Positions 40,883 to 56,147 of a stretch of 64,000 nt of DNA are shown piece by piece. The stretch's first letter is position 1. Each line of letters starts with the position of its first letter. The position numbers and the translations under genes are program-made. This DNA is from Octopus sinensis (Eukaryota), in NCBI RefSeq assembly GCF_006345805.1, contig NC_043009.1:29202001-29266000 (forward strand), written 5' to 3'. A model generated the notes under the pieces. The model was not told where the DNA came from, did no database searches, and saw only the letters and a program-made list of their open reading frames with translations.

Positions 40883-41096
40883 CAATGGCTCTCAACCAGG
40901 GTTCACGTGGCTCTTGGAGGGTGGGGTCCATATATGATTTTCTTGTTAAAATTTATGAGTAATAAATTGCTTATATTTTTATGGCACATCAAACATTTTA
41001 ACAATATATTTTAATATCATTCCTAATGCAGTTCTATATCTAAGAGCATGGGCTACTAACCCCAAGATTCCGAGTTCGATTCCAGGCTGTGACCTG

Positions 41097-41155
<59 letters not shown>

Positions 41156-41461
41156 TAATAATAATAATCATAATAATAATAACATCGAAAAAATACTTTA
41201 GGAATGAGAACCCAGGTTCAAAATTTCCTCAAGACATCTGATGAAGGCTGGAGGGTTTATCAGCCAAAATGTTGTGTTAAGAACAAACAAGATGAGGACA
41301 AATATCCGTCAAATGTAAATAATGATCATCCCTAATAATATACTTAATTAAATAAAAACAATAGGATTTTCAAAACATTGATTGGCTGTGGGAGTCTACA
41401 GGAGTAAAATAAGAACCAAAATGGTCCATAGATAAAAAATAAAAATGGTTGGGAACCAATT
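40883..41461. mobile_element. hAT (Charlie-like) MITE interrupted by a family E element
   Basis: Ends caatggctctcaacc / ggttgggaaccaatt; flanking 8-mers atttagag and atttggat resemble a decayed TSD. Confidence 0.6.
41032..41330 (+). mobile_element. Family E element with intact B box; decayed HHR at 41233-41278
   Basis: gagttcgattcc (41072-83); GACAU CUGAUGA AGGCUG..CAGCC AAAAU GUU GUGUU (G12 changed to A). Confidence 0.85.
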
Positions 41462-41814
41462 ATTTGGATGAAAATGTATTTTACTGATTGTGAACAGGTT
41501 AAAACTGATATTGAGGGTTTTTATGCTTCGAAATCTGAAGAACTATCTTTCTCAAGGAATCAACAATGTGCCAAATAGATAGGAGTATGTTATCCATAAT
41601 GAGGAGAAATATTATCTTCCTTAAATTATATCAATTAAGATCAGAGAAGAATTTGTCTTTTTCTGTCGTGAAATGCTAAAGGACTTTCTTTGCAACTAAA
41701 TAGATCTGTGTCTGTCGGTCTCTGTCTCTCTCTCTGTCTCTCTCTCTCTCTGTGTCTCTCTCTCTCTCTCTGCATGAGTATGTTTGCGTGTATGTACATA
41801 TCTACTTATATATG

Positions 41815-41871
<57 letters not shown>

Positions 41872-42863
41872 ATACACACACACAACCATGGCTCTTTATC
41901 TAAATCCTTTCACTACCATGAAAAGATGTCTCACTTTAAAACTCTGAGAAAACATAAAAGAGAAAAAATAAACCAAAGATAATATATACCTAAGCTGTTT
42001 TTAGCTGACTAATTTTCTGAAAGAACCTCTTCTCTAAGCATTCCTCAAAGAATTCTACTTTAATCTCTTTTAAGATGATGAAAATATACAAGAATTAGCA
42101 CAAACCTGAGCTTCTTTTTTTCCATGCTTTTAGTTATGTATTCCTTCTTGCTTTCCTTTTTCTTTCTTTCAACCATTGTCTTTGTCCTTTGTCTTTACTT
42201 CTTTATTTGTTTCCATTCCGGTTCTATCTGTCGCTTTCTCTGTTCTCCCAGTTGTCATGTTCCTACGCCAATTATAACAGCATGAAATAAAAATAAACAC
42301 TTGGAAAAAAGAAAGGTAAACAAAGCTTTAAATTAAATTATATATATTGTTAATTGGATAACAAATTGAGAAGTAAATCCCAATTAGTTTACCCCCTACT
42401 CCTTCTCCCCCCCCACATTTCGTCTGCCCCCAACCATCTTCTTCCTTCTTGCCCATCATCAAAGATTAACACAAGTCTGCTACCATACTCATACACATGC
42501 GTGTGTACACACACACACACACACACACATCCATATGTATATATAGATATATACATATATATTTACACACACCCACACATATATATATATACATCCATGT
42601 GTATATATAGATATATATACATACACACACATGTATGTATATGTACATTTAATTTTTATTGACATAACCCTCTCTAGACATAACAATATATATATATATA
42701 TATATATACATCATATCAAAAACTACCCATGAGGCCTTTTGTCCTTCCATTTTAAAGAGAGGTCATAGGTCACTAGCCCTTTGGATCTGATGGGACCTAT
42801 GTAAAGCTAAGCTCTTTATGGGTGTAAAACCCTGAGTAACTGTATGAATTGGCCAAAACTACC

Positions 42864-42942
<79 letters not shown>

Positions 42943-43329
42943 CTGTGAGAGTTAGAGGTTGGGAAACTAACCAACTAAGGGATAGTACCTATCCAATATA
43001 CTGCTAGTAGCGTACTCAATTATTCATACCCAAGTGCTGGTTATTGCATAGCAATCTCGCAATTGAGAGTTATATACGGTCGGGGGTAAAAAGTGGTTTA
43101 CCCTTAATTTATATGGCAAATAAGAGAAAATGGAGAGGATACAAAATGTCATACATCAGCCAGTAGACATTCCAGTGTGAATAAAAAAGCACTCCATCTG
43201 GTGAGAGATAAATGTTAGCACAGATTAGCTTACCTGTTGTTATCTATAGATTTACTGCAGGAACTTAGTAGTGGTGGTTGGGGTTACAATATTCGTAAAA
43301 TAGAAGATGGAATGTGTAATGTATGTATG

Positions 43330-43365
<36 letters not shown>

Positions 43366-43368
<3 letters not shown>

Positions 43369-43684
43369 ATATATATAAAACTCAACTTGTGTGTATCTGT
43401 GTGTTTAACTTCCCGGCACATGTCCTCCTAGCCAACAAATCGTAGAACCACCAAAAATGGGTCACTTAAAGTTTATGCGAATGAAAATTGAACTGCACTA
43501 TTTCTATTCCAAAATTCATCTTGCAAGTGCAAAAATCGATAATGTGTTTGTTTAGGCCTTATCCCATGCATTGAATAGTGAACTTTACTCAGTCAGCTGT
43601 TTGACGTGAACTGTGTTCACCATGCGTGCAAGCATGCGTAAATTGCATGAAAAATAAAAATAAAAAGCCGAGCAATACTGCTTG
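43366..43684 (+). mobile_element. Non-autonomous Helitron-like element with deleted 3' hairpin
   Basis: Starts tctatatatataaaa; ends gccgagcaatactgcttgt, a shortened form of the end at 58960-58987. Confidence 0.55.
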
Positions 43685-43689
43685 TATAT

Positions 43690-43746
<57 letters not shown>

Positions 43747-43894
43747 ATAAATATATAAATATATACATGCATATACACATACATATATATATACAAAAGG
43801 ATACTCTTCCACAGCCATACTAACAATCCATGGATATCATTATGGTTTCGACACCTAGGCTGTACCAATGTGTGTGTATGTGTATATCCATATA

Positions 43895-43955
<61 letters not shown>

Positions 43956-44047
43956 ATCATCATCATCATCGTTTAACGATATATATATATATATGTGAAT
44001 ATGTATGAATATATGTATGTATGCATGTATGTATGTATGTATGTATG

Positions 44048-44081
<34 letters not shown>

Positions 44082-44129
44082 TGTATGTATGCATTATTGT
44101 GCATATGTTTTTGGTGTTGGTCTAGCAGA

Positions 44130-44320
44130 ATTGTTTGCACACTGGACCAAATGCTTCTCAGCATGTTGGCAGTCTTTATATTCTGAGTTCATATTCCACC
44201 ATGGTTGACTTTGTCTTCATCCTTTCGGGGTCAACAGAATAAGTACCAGTTGAGTACTGCGGCTGAGGTAATAAACAGCCCCCTCCTAAGAAATTGATAG
44301 CCTCCTGCTAAAATTTGAAA
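44130..44320 (+). mobile_element. SINE family C
   Basis: gttgactttgtcttcatcctttcggggtcaacagaataagtaccagttgag. Confidence 0.8.
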
Positions 44321-44721
44321 CTATTATTATTATGCATATATCTTCCATGCCACAAACCCTATTCCCACCTCCTTCTCCATACAGGCCTTTATATTTATAT
44401 ATTTGCATTTATTCTCTCCATTTCCTTCTTCTAAATTAATGTTATTTTCCACATCAAAAAGCTGTAAATTGTCAGAAATATGCTAACAGCTGGCTCCATG
44501 ACACACAGACACTGTCTATAGTGAAATGAAGATATAACAGATAAGAAAGACAGGGTCTTGTTTCTGAGATAGTGGCAGGGAATACCTTCTTGGCAAGGCA
44601 CAGATACACTCTCTCTCTCTCCCTCTCTCTCTCTCTTTCTTTCTCTCTCTCTCTCTCTCTCGCACACACACACACACAGACATTTAATACATAGGGATAT
44701 AAGTCTATACGTATATACATG

Positions 44722-44766
<45 letters not shown>

Positions 44767-44919
44767 TATTATATTATTTCTGCATTTGAGAGATATAAAA
44801 AGGTGTGTGTGTGTGTGTGTATGCTTGTATGTGTCTGTGTATTTATGTATGCATATATATATACATATATGTATGTATATATGTATATATGTGTATATAT
44901 ATATATATATAATATATTA

Positions 44920-44988
<69 letters not shown>

Positions 44989-45734
44989 AGAGAGAGAAAG
45001 GGTGAGAGATATACTCAGTGTCTTTGGGTGTGTAGGTGTAATGGGTGGGGTGCAATTACAGAAGATGCAATTAGAATACAAACGAACAGTAAAAACAAAG
45101 TGATGATAAAATAAAGACCTGGTCTGTGTGGGTGATATTAACAGAGGTGGGCGGGGCATAAGCAAAGAGAATTTAATGAGCAAAGAGAAGGAGGAAAGGT
45201 GAGGGAAGGAGGTAGAGGAGGAAGTGAAGATGAAGAAGATAATGTAAGGAAGGGCTTGTGTCACAGATGAGAGACAGTTAATGGTTCCTTTAATTTTCCT
45301 CATTTTGTTTTGCATTACGATGGAGATTTGAGGTAATGGAGAACTAGGATATATTCCTGTATATAGATAGGTATGTATTTATTGAGCACATGTGCCTGTG
45401 TTTGTTTGTGTACATGTGTGTGAATGTATGTATATACACATATATATGTTTACATACATAAATGCATACATATATACAAATGTGTATAAGCATGACTACA
45501 TTGTGAGTATATACAGTATAAGTATGTGCATGAGTATTTATATTCATATATATATTATATGTGTATATGTAATATATTTACATTCATATAGATATATAGA
45601 CATGTACATACATACACACACATATATATATATGCACACACATATATTATAAGTATATATTTTATATATTATATATATATAAAATATATACATCATTATC
45701 ATCATCATCATCATCATCATTTAGCGTCCGCTTT

Positions 45735-45784
<50 letters not shown>

Positions 45785-45865
45785 TATATCTATACATATA
45801 TATCTGTATGTACACACACACACACATACACACACATGTATATACTCATGTGTAAACATTATATG

Positions 45866-46125
45866 TTAGGCTGTCAAATAATTTTTTTGATTTGTTTCCA
45901 TTTATTTTAATCCTTTTTTTTGCCAACCCTTTTAGCAAATCATTCAACAATACATATTCTCCTTCATTGTTCACAATTTCTTAGTAAAGTTCCACTCTCT
46001 TATCAATGCCTTGATGATAGATATCCCCAGGTCTTGCTTCAAAGAATTCATGGAATCAAGTTTTCATTTCCACTTCATTGTTGAACAAAATGCCAAGCAG
46101 ACAATTGGTGAGTGATCAAAGCTAT
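45866..46125 (-). pseudogene. Mariner transposase C-terminus and probable terminal repeat
   Basis: SLTNCLLGILFNNEVEMKT*FHEFFEARPGDIYHQGIDKRVELY*EIVNNEGEYV. Confidence 0.8.
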
Positions 46126-46319
46126 TCATCCTCTGAAAATATTAAACCAGGAGAATATACAGGTCGTGGTTGACTTATGACCTATCTGACTTATGACCGA
46201 TCAACTTTATAGTTATTGGCGTGATGGCTCTCGGCAGCAATAATAAATAGTCCAGTTGAAATCTAATGGGTTTAATGTCTTAGAAATTAACTCTTCTACA
46301 GATAACATCAGCAAACAAA

Positions 46320-46760
46320 CATTTCCCCTGGTGAGAGTTGTACAGAAAGTTTGGGCTAGAATGTTTGGAAAAGTGGTAAGAGCATCAGTGTTTGCCAGTA
46401 GTAGAGAATGATTAGATGAAACTCACATAGGATATGCCAATATACACTGATAAGAGGCTGTAACATAAAAGACCAGGTATTATTTACCTATACAAGGAGT
46501 CCAAAGAATGGATGTTCATTGATGCTGACCAGAATATTGTTAAGACAAAGAATCAGAAAGTTGGGAAGTACCAAGACATAAGAATGGAAATGAAATAAAT
46601 CCAGAGAGCCTCAGATGTGAGTGTGGTACCTATTGTGATCAGTGCAGTTTGCACCATCTCAAAAAAGCAATATTTTGGCATCAAAAGCTGCCAGTATCAA
46701 CCTTTATAGGAAGCATTCAGTCAGCGCCAATACTTGGAACAGCTCCTGTGTTGAGAAAAG
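46320..46760 (+). pseudogene. R4/Dong-type restriction-like endonuclease C-terminal remnant
   Basis: HKRPGII..KVGKYQDIRME..VVPIVISA..ILGTAPVLRKVL; stops present. Confidence 0.75.
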
Positions 46761-47834
46761 TGTTGCATCTCTAAGCTGTGGGATGGAGTTCAGATGTGAC
46801 ATGGATAAATCAGCTGTTAAGTGGATAAATGATTAACAACAACAACAATGACAACAACAAAAACAACAAAAACAACAACAACAACAATAATAATAACAGC
46901 TTTCTTTATCATCTTAATAATTGTTATCCTCCTTCATTGCAATTATCATCACCACCAACACCATCATCAATATCAACATCAACATCATTATCAATATTGT
47001 ATTCTGACATGCATTGGTTATGTCTGCCATATATCATCTTAACTGTGACATCTTATCTATGAATCTCTGCAATTCTTAGGTCTTTCTTCACTGCCAATGC
47101 TGCCATCCTTCACATAAATTCTTCCATCGTTATCTTCCATAGATATCCTCCCCTGACAAAACACTCAACATGTTTTCTCACTCTTCCCGTTTACTCTTCA
47201 TTTAAAACCCACTTATGTACTAATGCTGTTGTTTCTCTTGAAGACATTTTACGATTCCTTCATCAGTCCATTTGCTTTTTTCACTTCTGGATAATTCAAG
47301 TAATTGACTTTACTAATCACGATAATGAGCGATTTAAATAAATATTTATTCTAAAATTATTGACTCAATCATTTATATTAGTCTCTCAAGTCACAACCAA
47401 CTGTGTCAACAGACTCTGTTTCCGAAGGCTTCCTGCAATCTGTTGTGGAAGTTCTTGCTGCCCTCTCATTAATTCACACTTTTTTTATTTTTTCTAATTA
47501 GATCAATACTGGAAGAATTTTTCTTGCTTTATTTTATGAATATCTCAAAACATGTTTAAAATAAGACAAGCCCTTGAATTTAAGAATCCTCCCCACTAAA
47601 AAAAAAAAACCTTCATGCAAATTATGAAAGTCTAAATACCCACAGACACACATTCACATGTAGACATGCACATGTGTGAGTATGTGTGTAACTGCTAGAT
47701 GAGGCGGTAGAGTGTCAAAGTCTTATGTATGTCCGTCTGTCTTTATGTCTATATCCAACCATCCATCCATCCAGCCATCAATCTTTCCCTCTCACTCTCT
47801 CTCTCTCCCCATATATATATATATATACACATAT

Positions 47835-48135
<301 letters not shown>

Positions 48136-48319
48136 GCGCAGTCACACACACACACATATATATGTATATATAAAATATGAATTAGAGATAAAACCACTAT
48201 TAGGCAACTCAATTTTTATACTGTGAAATTTGATTTAATACTAAATCTATTTTTCTCTGTAAGTCTGAAGCCATACTCCCTAATATTATTATTATTATTA
48301 TTATTATGATTATTATTAT

Positions 48320-48364
<45 letters not shown>

Positions 48365-48404
48365 CATACACATATATACATATTATTATTATTATTTGAA
48401 AGGG

Positions 48405-48810
48405 CTAAAGTCAGACACTTTGCTCTTTGGCCAAGGCCTCATCAACTTTTTCAAGTTCCACTTGAAAAGGAACGTGAGAGTAGAGTGGGAAGTGTTGGCT
48501 CGTAGCAAATTTGTTGAAACGTAGGTGAATGTCCGTAAAATGGCCAGAATGAATGGACCAATTCTGAGATTACCTGTAAAAAAGGAATATAAAAGGAGAA
48601 CGGGCTCTCTTCACATTTACTCCACGAGTAACTTTTCAAAGCGCCTCCCCAAATTAGGAGATTTTTTTACTTGTTAAATTTCTCTTGTTAACATATGTTT
48701 AAACAGACCTTTCTTTTTCGCAAAACCCTTGGTTTTTATTGTCCTGTGTTTGGCCTTTCATGTTTTTGATTTTATATTAGCTCTTGCGGCTAATAAAGCC
48801 AGAATTTATT
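48405..48810 (+). mobile_element. 3' end of a LINE, probably L1/Tx1-like
   Basis: LWPRPHQ / GQGLINFFKFHLKRNVRVEWEVL..MARMNGP frames, then a U-rich 3' UTR with aataaa and a short-repeat tail; recognised by eye. Confidence 0.5.
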
Positions 48811-49350
48811 ATTATTATTATTATTACTTTTTTTTTTTCTTCTTTCAAATTTGCTTCCATTTCTTGCCGAGTGTCTTCCCGACTCCTAGGGCAAAGAAAC
48901 TCATAGTATACTATTATTATTATTATTATTGTTATTATTATTATTTTGTATTTGACTTTTGCTGTGTATATGTTCAAGTTGGCTCCAAGTCTCACCCAGA
49001 GACCTCAAGAGACAACAAGTTAGTAGTTCTTGTTGGTGTTATGCCTAGGGTGACATATATTTGGTTTTGTACATAGTGTTGTTCTAGAGAATGTTTAAGA
49101 AACCATAAGAAACTTATGAATTCATTTTAAAATTTGAGATTACATAGACAGTATATCGGCAGTTTCCATGAGCACTATCTTTTGAATTTCTGCCATTTTG
49201 GAGTTTCCTGGTATCTGAGCTAAGTAGCAATCAGCCCCTTTTGTTATTATTCCTAGGGCACCTATGACAACAGATATTGTTTTAATCTTCAGGTTCCACA
49301 TTATGCCAATTTCTATTTCAAGATGATTATACTTGCTCTTTATTTATACC

Positions 49351-49417
<67 letters not shown>

Positions 49418-49438
49418 TCAAACAGTTTGATATATATA

Positions 49439-50162
49439 CAGGGTGGTGCAAAAGTAGGTATATAGTTATGAAAAAGTGAAAACATGTATAATACTCATTT
49501 ATTTTTATCAAAAAACTTAAAAGTTACAATAAAAGTATCATTATAGTTAATGATAAATATATTATCATGATTAACGACACAGAAAATATTTTAAAAAATG
49601 AAGCTAATTTAATATGCTAATAAATTAAGTATTATAGCCTTTTTTACTCTAGACACAAGCCCTGAAATTCTTGTGGTGAGGGCCAGTTGATTAGATCGAC
49701 CCCAGTATGCAACTGGTACTTAATTTATCAACCCTGAAAGGATGAAAGGCAAAGTCAACCTCAGCAGAATTTGAACTCAAAACGTAAAGAAAATTAAATG
49801 CTGCTAAGCATTTCGCCCTGCATGCTAACGTTTCTGCCAGCTCACTGCCTTATAAAACACTCACATATTCTTTTCTAATCTAAGCACAACGCCCGAAATT
49901 TTTGGGGAGGGAGCCAATCGATTAGATCGACCCCAGTACACAACTGGTAATTAATTTATCGATCCCTGAAAGGATGACAGGCAATATCAACCTAAATGGA
50001 ATTTGAACTCAGAACGTAATGACAGACAAAATACTGCTGAGCATTTTGCCCATCGTGCTAACGATTCTGCCAGCTCGACACCTTAAATTAAAAATTATAA
50101 TGAATTAAGAATTATAACATTGATGTGATACTTACTGTGTTACTACTTTTGCACAGCCCCTG
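49439..50162. mobile_element. Tc1/mariner-type MITE containing two family C SINEs (49655-49850 and 49870-50085, minus strand)
   Basis: TA-cagggtggtgcaaaagtag ... ctacttttgcacagcccctg-TA. Confidence 0.7.
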
Positions 50163-50799
50163 TATATTTTATATTTTATACTTTTGTGTTGATATTTTAT
50201 ATTTTATATATTTATATATTCATATATAAAATATTTTACATTTTATATTTATATATTTATACATAAAATATTTTATATTTTATATTTATATATTTATATA
50301 TCTATTTATAAAGTATTTTATATTTTATACTTTAGTGTTGATATTTGGTTATGTGTGTATATATATACATGTCAGCTGAGAGCTGTATACAATGTACATA
50401 TATATATATGTTTATACATGACTGTGTATATGACATTGTTATCCAGTTCAGCAGCGAATGAGAGGGCATCTGTAAAGAACCCTTTAAGATGAAGTCAGAC
50501 TAGTCAGAGATTATGGGGGAAATAGTTTAAGCAAGAATTATTGGATGAAGGAAACCCACTTAAAAGCATTCCAGACTGTGCTTGTCATCAACGGGGACCA
50601 CACCGACATCAACATGGACAATGGGGACAACGACAACGATGACAACAACAACAACAATGGTTTCAAGAGTGTGGACAACAACAAAAAGAAATATAAGAAC
50701 AGAGAAGAAGCCAACAGCATCTGTAATATCCTTCACAACAACCAAAAACCAAAGTTGCAGCTGAGGATGATGGTGCTGACACAGTTGAGGATAATGTGG

Positions 50800-51292
50800 T
50801 GGTGGTGGTAGTGGTGGTAGTGGTGGTGGTGGTAGTGGTAACAGTGATGATGGTGACAATGATGACAATGATGTTGGTGGTGGTGGTAGTGGTGATGATA
50901 GTGGTAATGATGAGGATGATGATAATGATGGTGGTTGTAGTGGTGGTGGGGTGGCAGTTGTGGTAGTGGTGATAATGACAGTGGTGGCTGTGATGGTGGT
51001 TGTGGTGATGATGATGTTGATTTGGTGATGAACATGATAATGATGATGATGGTGATGATGACAATGATGAAGATGATGATGATGATAGTGACAATGATGA
51101 CAATGACGTTGGTAGTGGTGGTGGTGGTGGTGGTGGTAGTGGTAATGATGAAGATGATGGTGGTTGTAGTGGTGGTGGAGTTGCACTTGTGGTAGTGGTG
51201 ATAATAACAGTGGTGGTTGTGATGGTGGTTGTGGTGATGATGATGTTGATTTGGTGATGAAGATGATAATGATGATGATGGTGATGATGACA

Positions 51293-51324
<32 letters not shown>

Positions 51325-51401
51325 GGTGGTGGTGACAATGATGATGACGATGATGATGTTGACAATGATGACTATGATGATGCTTTAGTGATTATTATGA
51401 C

Positions 51402-51437
<36 letters not shown>

Positions 51438-51630
51438 ACAACGATGATGATGAAGATGATGATAAAGGTGCTTTAGTGATGATGAGGATGATGATGATGA
51501 GGATGATGATGATGAGGATGATGATGATGATGATGGTGGTGCTTTACTGATTATGATGATAATGATGGTGATAACGATGATGGTGTTTTAGTGATGATGA
51601 TGATTATGATGATGACGACGACAACGGCAA
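50800..51630. repeat. (GGT/GAT)n low-complexity block with a ~230-bp internal duplication
   Basis: gttgatttggtgatgaa at ~51015 and ~51245. Confidence 0.85.
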
Positions 51631-54359
51631 CGATACATCCAAATCAGCAGGGACTACTGATTCTGTTAAACCTACAAAAGACAGAATGGACAGTGATAAA
51701 CTAAATTCCTTCTTTCTTATGAATATTTATTTCATAATATTCTTCCTTGCTTTTACCATAGCATTTTCGTAGCCATTTCAACTCTTACTATCGTTGCTCT
51801 TCATAATTTTTCTTCTCATTTCATTTCGTATTTCTTCAGCTTGGTCTTCTTATTACTGCATTATCATCTTCTTCCTCATCCCCTCTGTTATCTTCATCTT
51901 CTTTTTCATCTACATAATGATCTTTTGGTCACAAATATAGCAATCACTAATACTATACAAATACAAAAATCCACAATAAACACAGCTCAAAACAAACTGG
52001 ATACACACACACATACATACACACACATACATACATACGTACACAAACTTATACATACATACATACACATGCATACATACATACAAACACATGCATACAT
52101 ATACATACACGCACACATACATATACATACATACACACATACATACATACATACACATATATACATACATACATCATATATATATCTGCTAAATGAGTGC
52201 ACATATAATATGTATATATATATGCATATATATAAGTACATATATATATATACACACAGATACACACACAAATGCATATATATATATATATACAAAAATA
52301 TGCCTGTACATATATGTATATATATATTTAAAATATATATATGTACACATACACATGTATATTGGCTGTATACACATGTGTGTATTACACACACACACAC
52401 ACACACTATATATATAGTGGTGTGTGTGTGTGTTTATATAGGAAAGGAGAGGGAGAGAGGGGCAAGACATTTGTAGAACATGAGACAGCAGTGCTGCCAC
52501 TCCAACTCAGAACATACCAGCTTATATCAAATATCAAAGTATAAAACAAAAACAAAAGAAATGGAAAGAAAACAAAGCATAAAAATATGAGGGAAAAATT
52601 TACTCAAGAAACCACAGGACAAGAACAATGGCGGAAAAGACAATACATGTCAATAATAACAACAACAAAACCACATCACCAATAACAACAACAACAACAA
52701 CAAAACAACGACAACACCAATAACAACCACAGCAGCAACAACAAAAACAATGATGTCAGTGACGATGACGAAAAGAAAATAGGAAAAATACTAAAAGCAA
52801 AGATTTGAAACCAGAAAACAAATGAAAAAGAAAAGAAAAAAAAAAAGGAAGTGCCAAAGTAAAATTCTTGATATAAATGTGAAACATAAATGGAAATCCA
52901 AAGAAGGAATTGGTGTGAATATTTATCCGATAAGAGACGAGATTAGAAGAGGACAGTCATTGGTTTGCTCTTTGGAAATGGATCCATTAAAATGTTTAAT
53001 GAATTGTTTTTGTCTGTTGTTTATTTGAAGAACACACATAGAAACACACACACATATATACATTCTCATACACACACACACACGTATATACATATTCATA
53101 CTCACAATGCACACACATGCACTTATACGCATATAGGTACATGCCCATACACACACATACACACACTTATACATATACATACATACACATATATACATAC
53201 ATACACACACATACATACACACACACATACATATACATACATACATACACATGCATACATACATACACATGCATACATATACATACACACACATACACAC
53301 ACTCATACATATACATACATACATACATACACATGCATACATATACATACACACACACATACATACATACATACACATATATACATACATACACACATAC
53401 ATACACACACATACACACACTTATACATATATAGGTACATGCCCATACACACACATACATACACACACATACACACACAAATGCACCTCCACACATACAT
53501 TCATATACACACGCTCGTACATACACATACATATATACATATATACATACATTCATACACACCCTCATACATACGTATACACATACACATATACATACAC
53601 ACGTACGATGTCATACACACACAATGTGTATGTTATAAAGAGTTTCTTTTAACGTGTTTTGCTTTTTTGTTGTTTTTTTTGTTTTTGTAAATGTTTTTGT
53701 TTTTCAGTGATAGCAAGAAGACATTTTAGACGTCGTTTTGTTGTTGATGTTGATGTTGTTGTAACATAGTTGACAATAATGCAAAAGTTTGTCTGTGTGT
53801 CTATGTTGGTGGAGGGTCATGGGATGTGAGAGAGATGAAATGATAGAGAGGGAGAGAGAGAGATGAGGGAGAGAGAGGGAGAGATGAGGGAGTGACAGGG
53901 AGAGAGTAAAAGGAAGAGTGTGAGAGAGAGAGAAAGAAAATAGAATACAGGAAAGAGATATGAGTAAGGATTTGTTGCTTGAGATTATTGGAGAGACACA
54001 CCATGCAGGGAGTGAAAAGGAGAGAAAGAGAGATCAAGGAGAGAGAGAGGTAGGTAGATAGATAGATAGATAGATATATAGATAGATATATAGATAGATA
54101 TATAGATAGATAGATAGGGCATCTCCTATATGCACATATACACAGGTGAGAGAGAGAAAGAAGAGGAGAGAAGCTTGTGAGAGACGTCAGAGAGTGAGGG
54201 TGGAGAGAAAGAGGAATAAGCTAGATAAATAGATAGATACATATATGCATTCACCCACAGAGAGAGAGAGAGAGAGGAGGAGGAGGAGGAGAGAATGACA
54301 GACAGAGACAGAGGGCTACAGAGACAGAAAGAGACAGAGGGCTACAGAGATAGAGAGAG

Positions 54360-55490
54360 AGAGAGATGAAGACGAATGGGAGATAAGAGAAAAATATGGA
54401 GACACAAAGGAATACAAAAGGGACAGAATGTTACAGTAAATTTCTGTCAGATAACGAAGAAGCAGAAGGAAAATTACAGGAAGTGAGATGGGGACACAAA
54501 AAGAAGGAAGACTACTAAAAGACAGACCTGTAGCTGCCAATAACAGGATATTACACACACACACACACATACACACCCACACGCCAACACGCGCGCGGAG
54601 GAGACACACGAGAGTGAGTTTAAATTCAATTAGAGAATGAATTCGTTAGATTGCTAAATAAACATATAACTTGTTCGTGTGCTGACGTCAGTATTCACCC
54701 AGGGTGGGTCTAGCCAGCTCTGACCAACAAGTTCTTCACGTCCCTTATGAATACTGACCACATCCGACGGCTGGCTGTCGTCGAGGTTGTAATGGACATC
54801 CACTCTTGTGTCCACTGCTGAACACTTTAGACATGGAAGCCCGATTGGCGATTCCACGCCTCTTCAGTTGTTCTCCAGTTCATTTGTGGAGAACACACAT
54901 GAACACACTGAGAGAAGAGAGAAAAGAGAGAGATGAAGACGAATGGGAGATAAGAGAAAAATATGGAGACACAAAGGAATATAAAAGGGACAGAATGTTA
55001 CAGTAAATTTCTGTCAGATAACGAAGAAGCAGAAGGAAAATTACAGGAAGTGAGATGGGGACACAAAAAGAAGGAATACTACTAAAAGACAGACCTGTAG
55101 CTGCCAATAACAGGATATTACACACACACACATACACACCCACACGCCAACACGCGCGCGGAGGAGACACACGAGAGTGAGTTAAATTCAATTAGAGAAT
55201 GAATTCGTTAGATTGCTAAATAAACATATACTTGTTCGTGTGCTGACGTCAGTATTCACCCAGGGTGGGTCTAGCCAGCTCTGACCAACAAGTTCATCAC
55301 GTCCCTTATGAATACTGACCACATCCGACGGCTGGCTGTCGTCGAGGTTGTAATGGACATCCACTCTTGTGTCCACTGCTGAACACTTTAGACATGGAAG
55401 CCCGATTGGCGATTCCACGCCTCTTCAGTTGTTCTCCAGTTCATTTGTGGAGAACACACATGAACACACTGAGAGAAGAGAGAAAAGAGA
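54360..55490. repeat. Tandem duplication of a ~570-bp unit bounded by (GA)n
   Basis: gagagatgaagacgaatggg at ~54361 and ~54929; only a few substitutions and 1-bp indels differ. Confidence 0.95.
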
Positions 55491-55837
55491 GAAAATGTGT
55501 GTGTGTGTGGCAAATCCATAGGGGTTTTACATCCTCGTAGGCGCATTTAATTACACTGGAAGGGTCTAATTTTCCCGTAACATTTGTATCTTATGTGTTT
55601 ATAAATCTTTGCTTTTAATAGTCGACAAACCTATGAGATGTTATTCAGGTACTTAACTATGGGTGCACTGCAACTTATAGCAGAAACAGGTGTAAGCAAA
55701 TGAAGTTCAAATATAATCATCGCTTTCGTTTGTCATTTAATTTTCATATTACCGCTCTATACTCATCTAACATTTCATTCTGAAGCATACATATACTAAA
55801 TTCCACACCAGCTTTTTTTCTCTCACAAGGCCTAAGT

Positions 55838-55894
<57 letters not shown>

Positions 55895-55907
55895 ACATAT
55901 GTGTATT

Positions 55908-55945
55908 CTATCGGTTATCAAGCAATGCTAGAGGGACAAACACAG

Positions 55946-55980
<35 letters not shown>

Positions 55981-56147
55981 CATATATACGACAGGCTTCT
56001 TTCAGTTTCCGTCTACCAAATCCACTCACAAGGCTTTGGTCGGCCCGAGGCTATAGCAGAAGACACTTGCCCAAGATGCCACGCAGTGGGACTGAACCCG
56101 GAACCATATGGTCGGTTAGCAAGCTACTTACCACACAGCCACTCCTA
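55908..56147 (-). mobile_element. tRNA-derived SINE, family A (3'-truncated)
   Basis: Matches the head and central domain of 32815-33248. Confidence 0.9.

Noticed and set aside
50545-50811. 88-aa N/D-rich ORF and nearby DTSKSAGTTDSVK frame at ~51635
   Set aside because: Embedded in decayed trinucleotide repeats, with no splice or homology support.
54654-54857. 67-aa minus-strand ORF MESPIGLPCLK (duplicated at 55188-55418)
   Set aside because: Starts at GTG, has no recognisable family, and the two copies differ by a frameshifting indel near the end.
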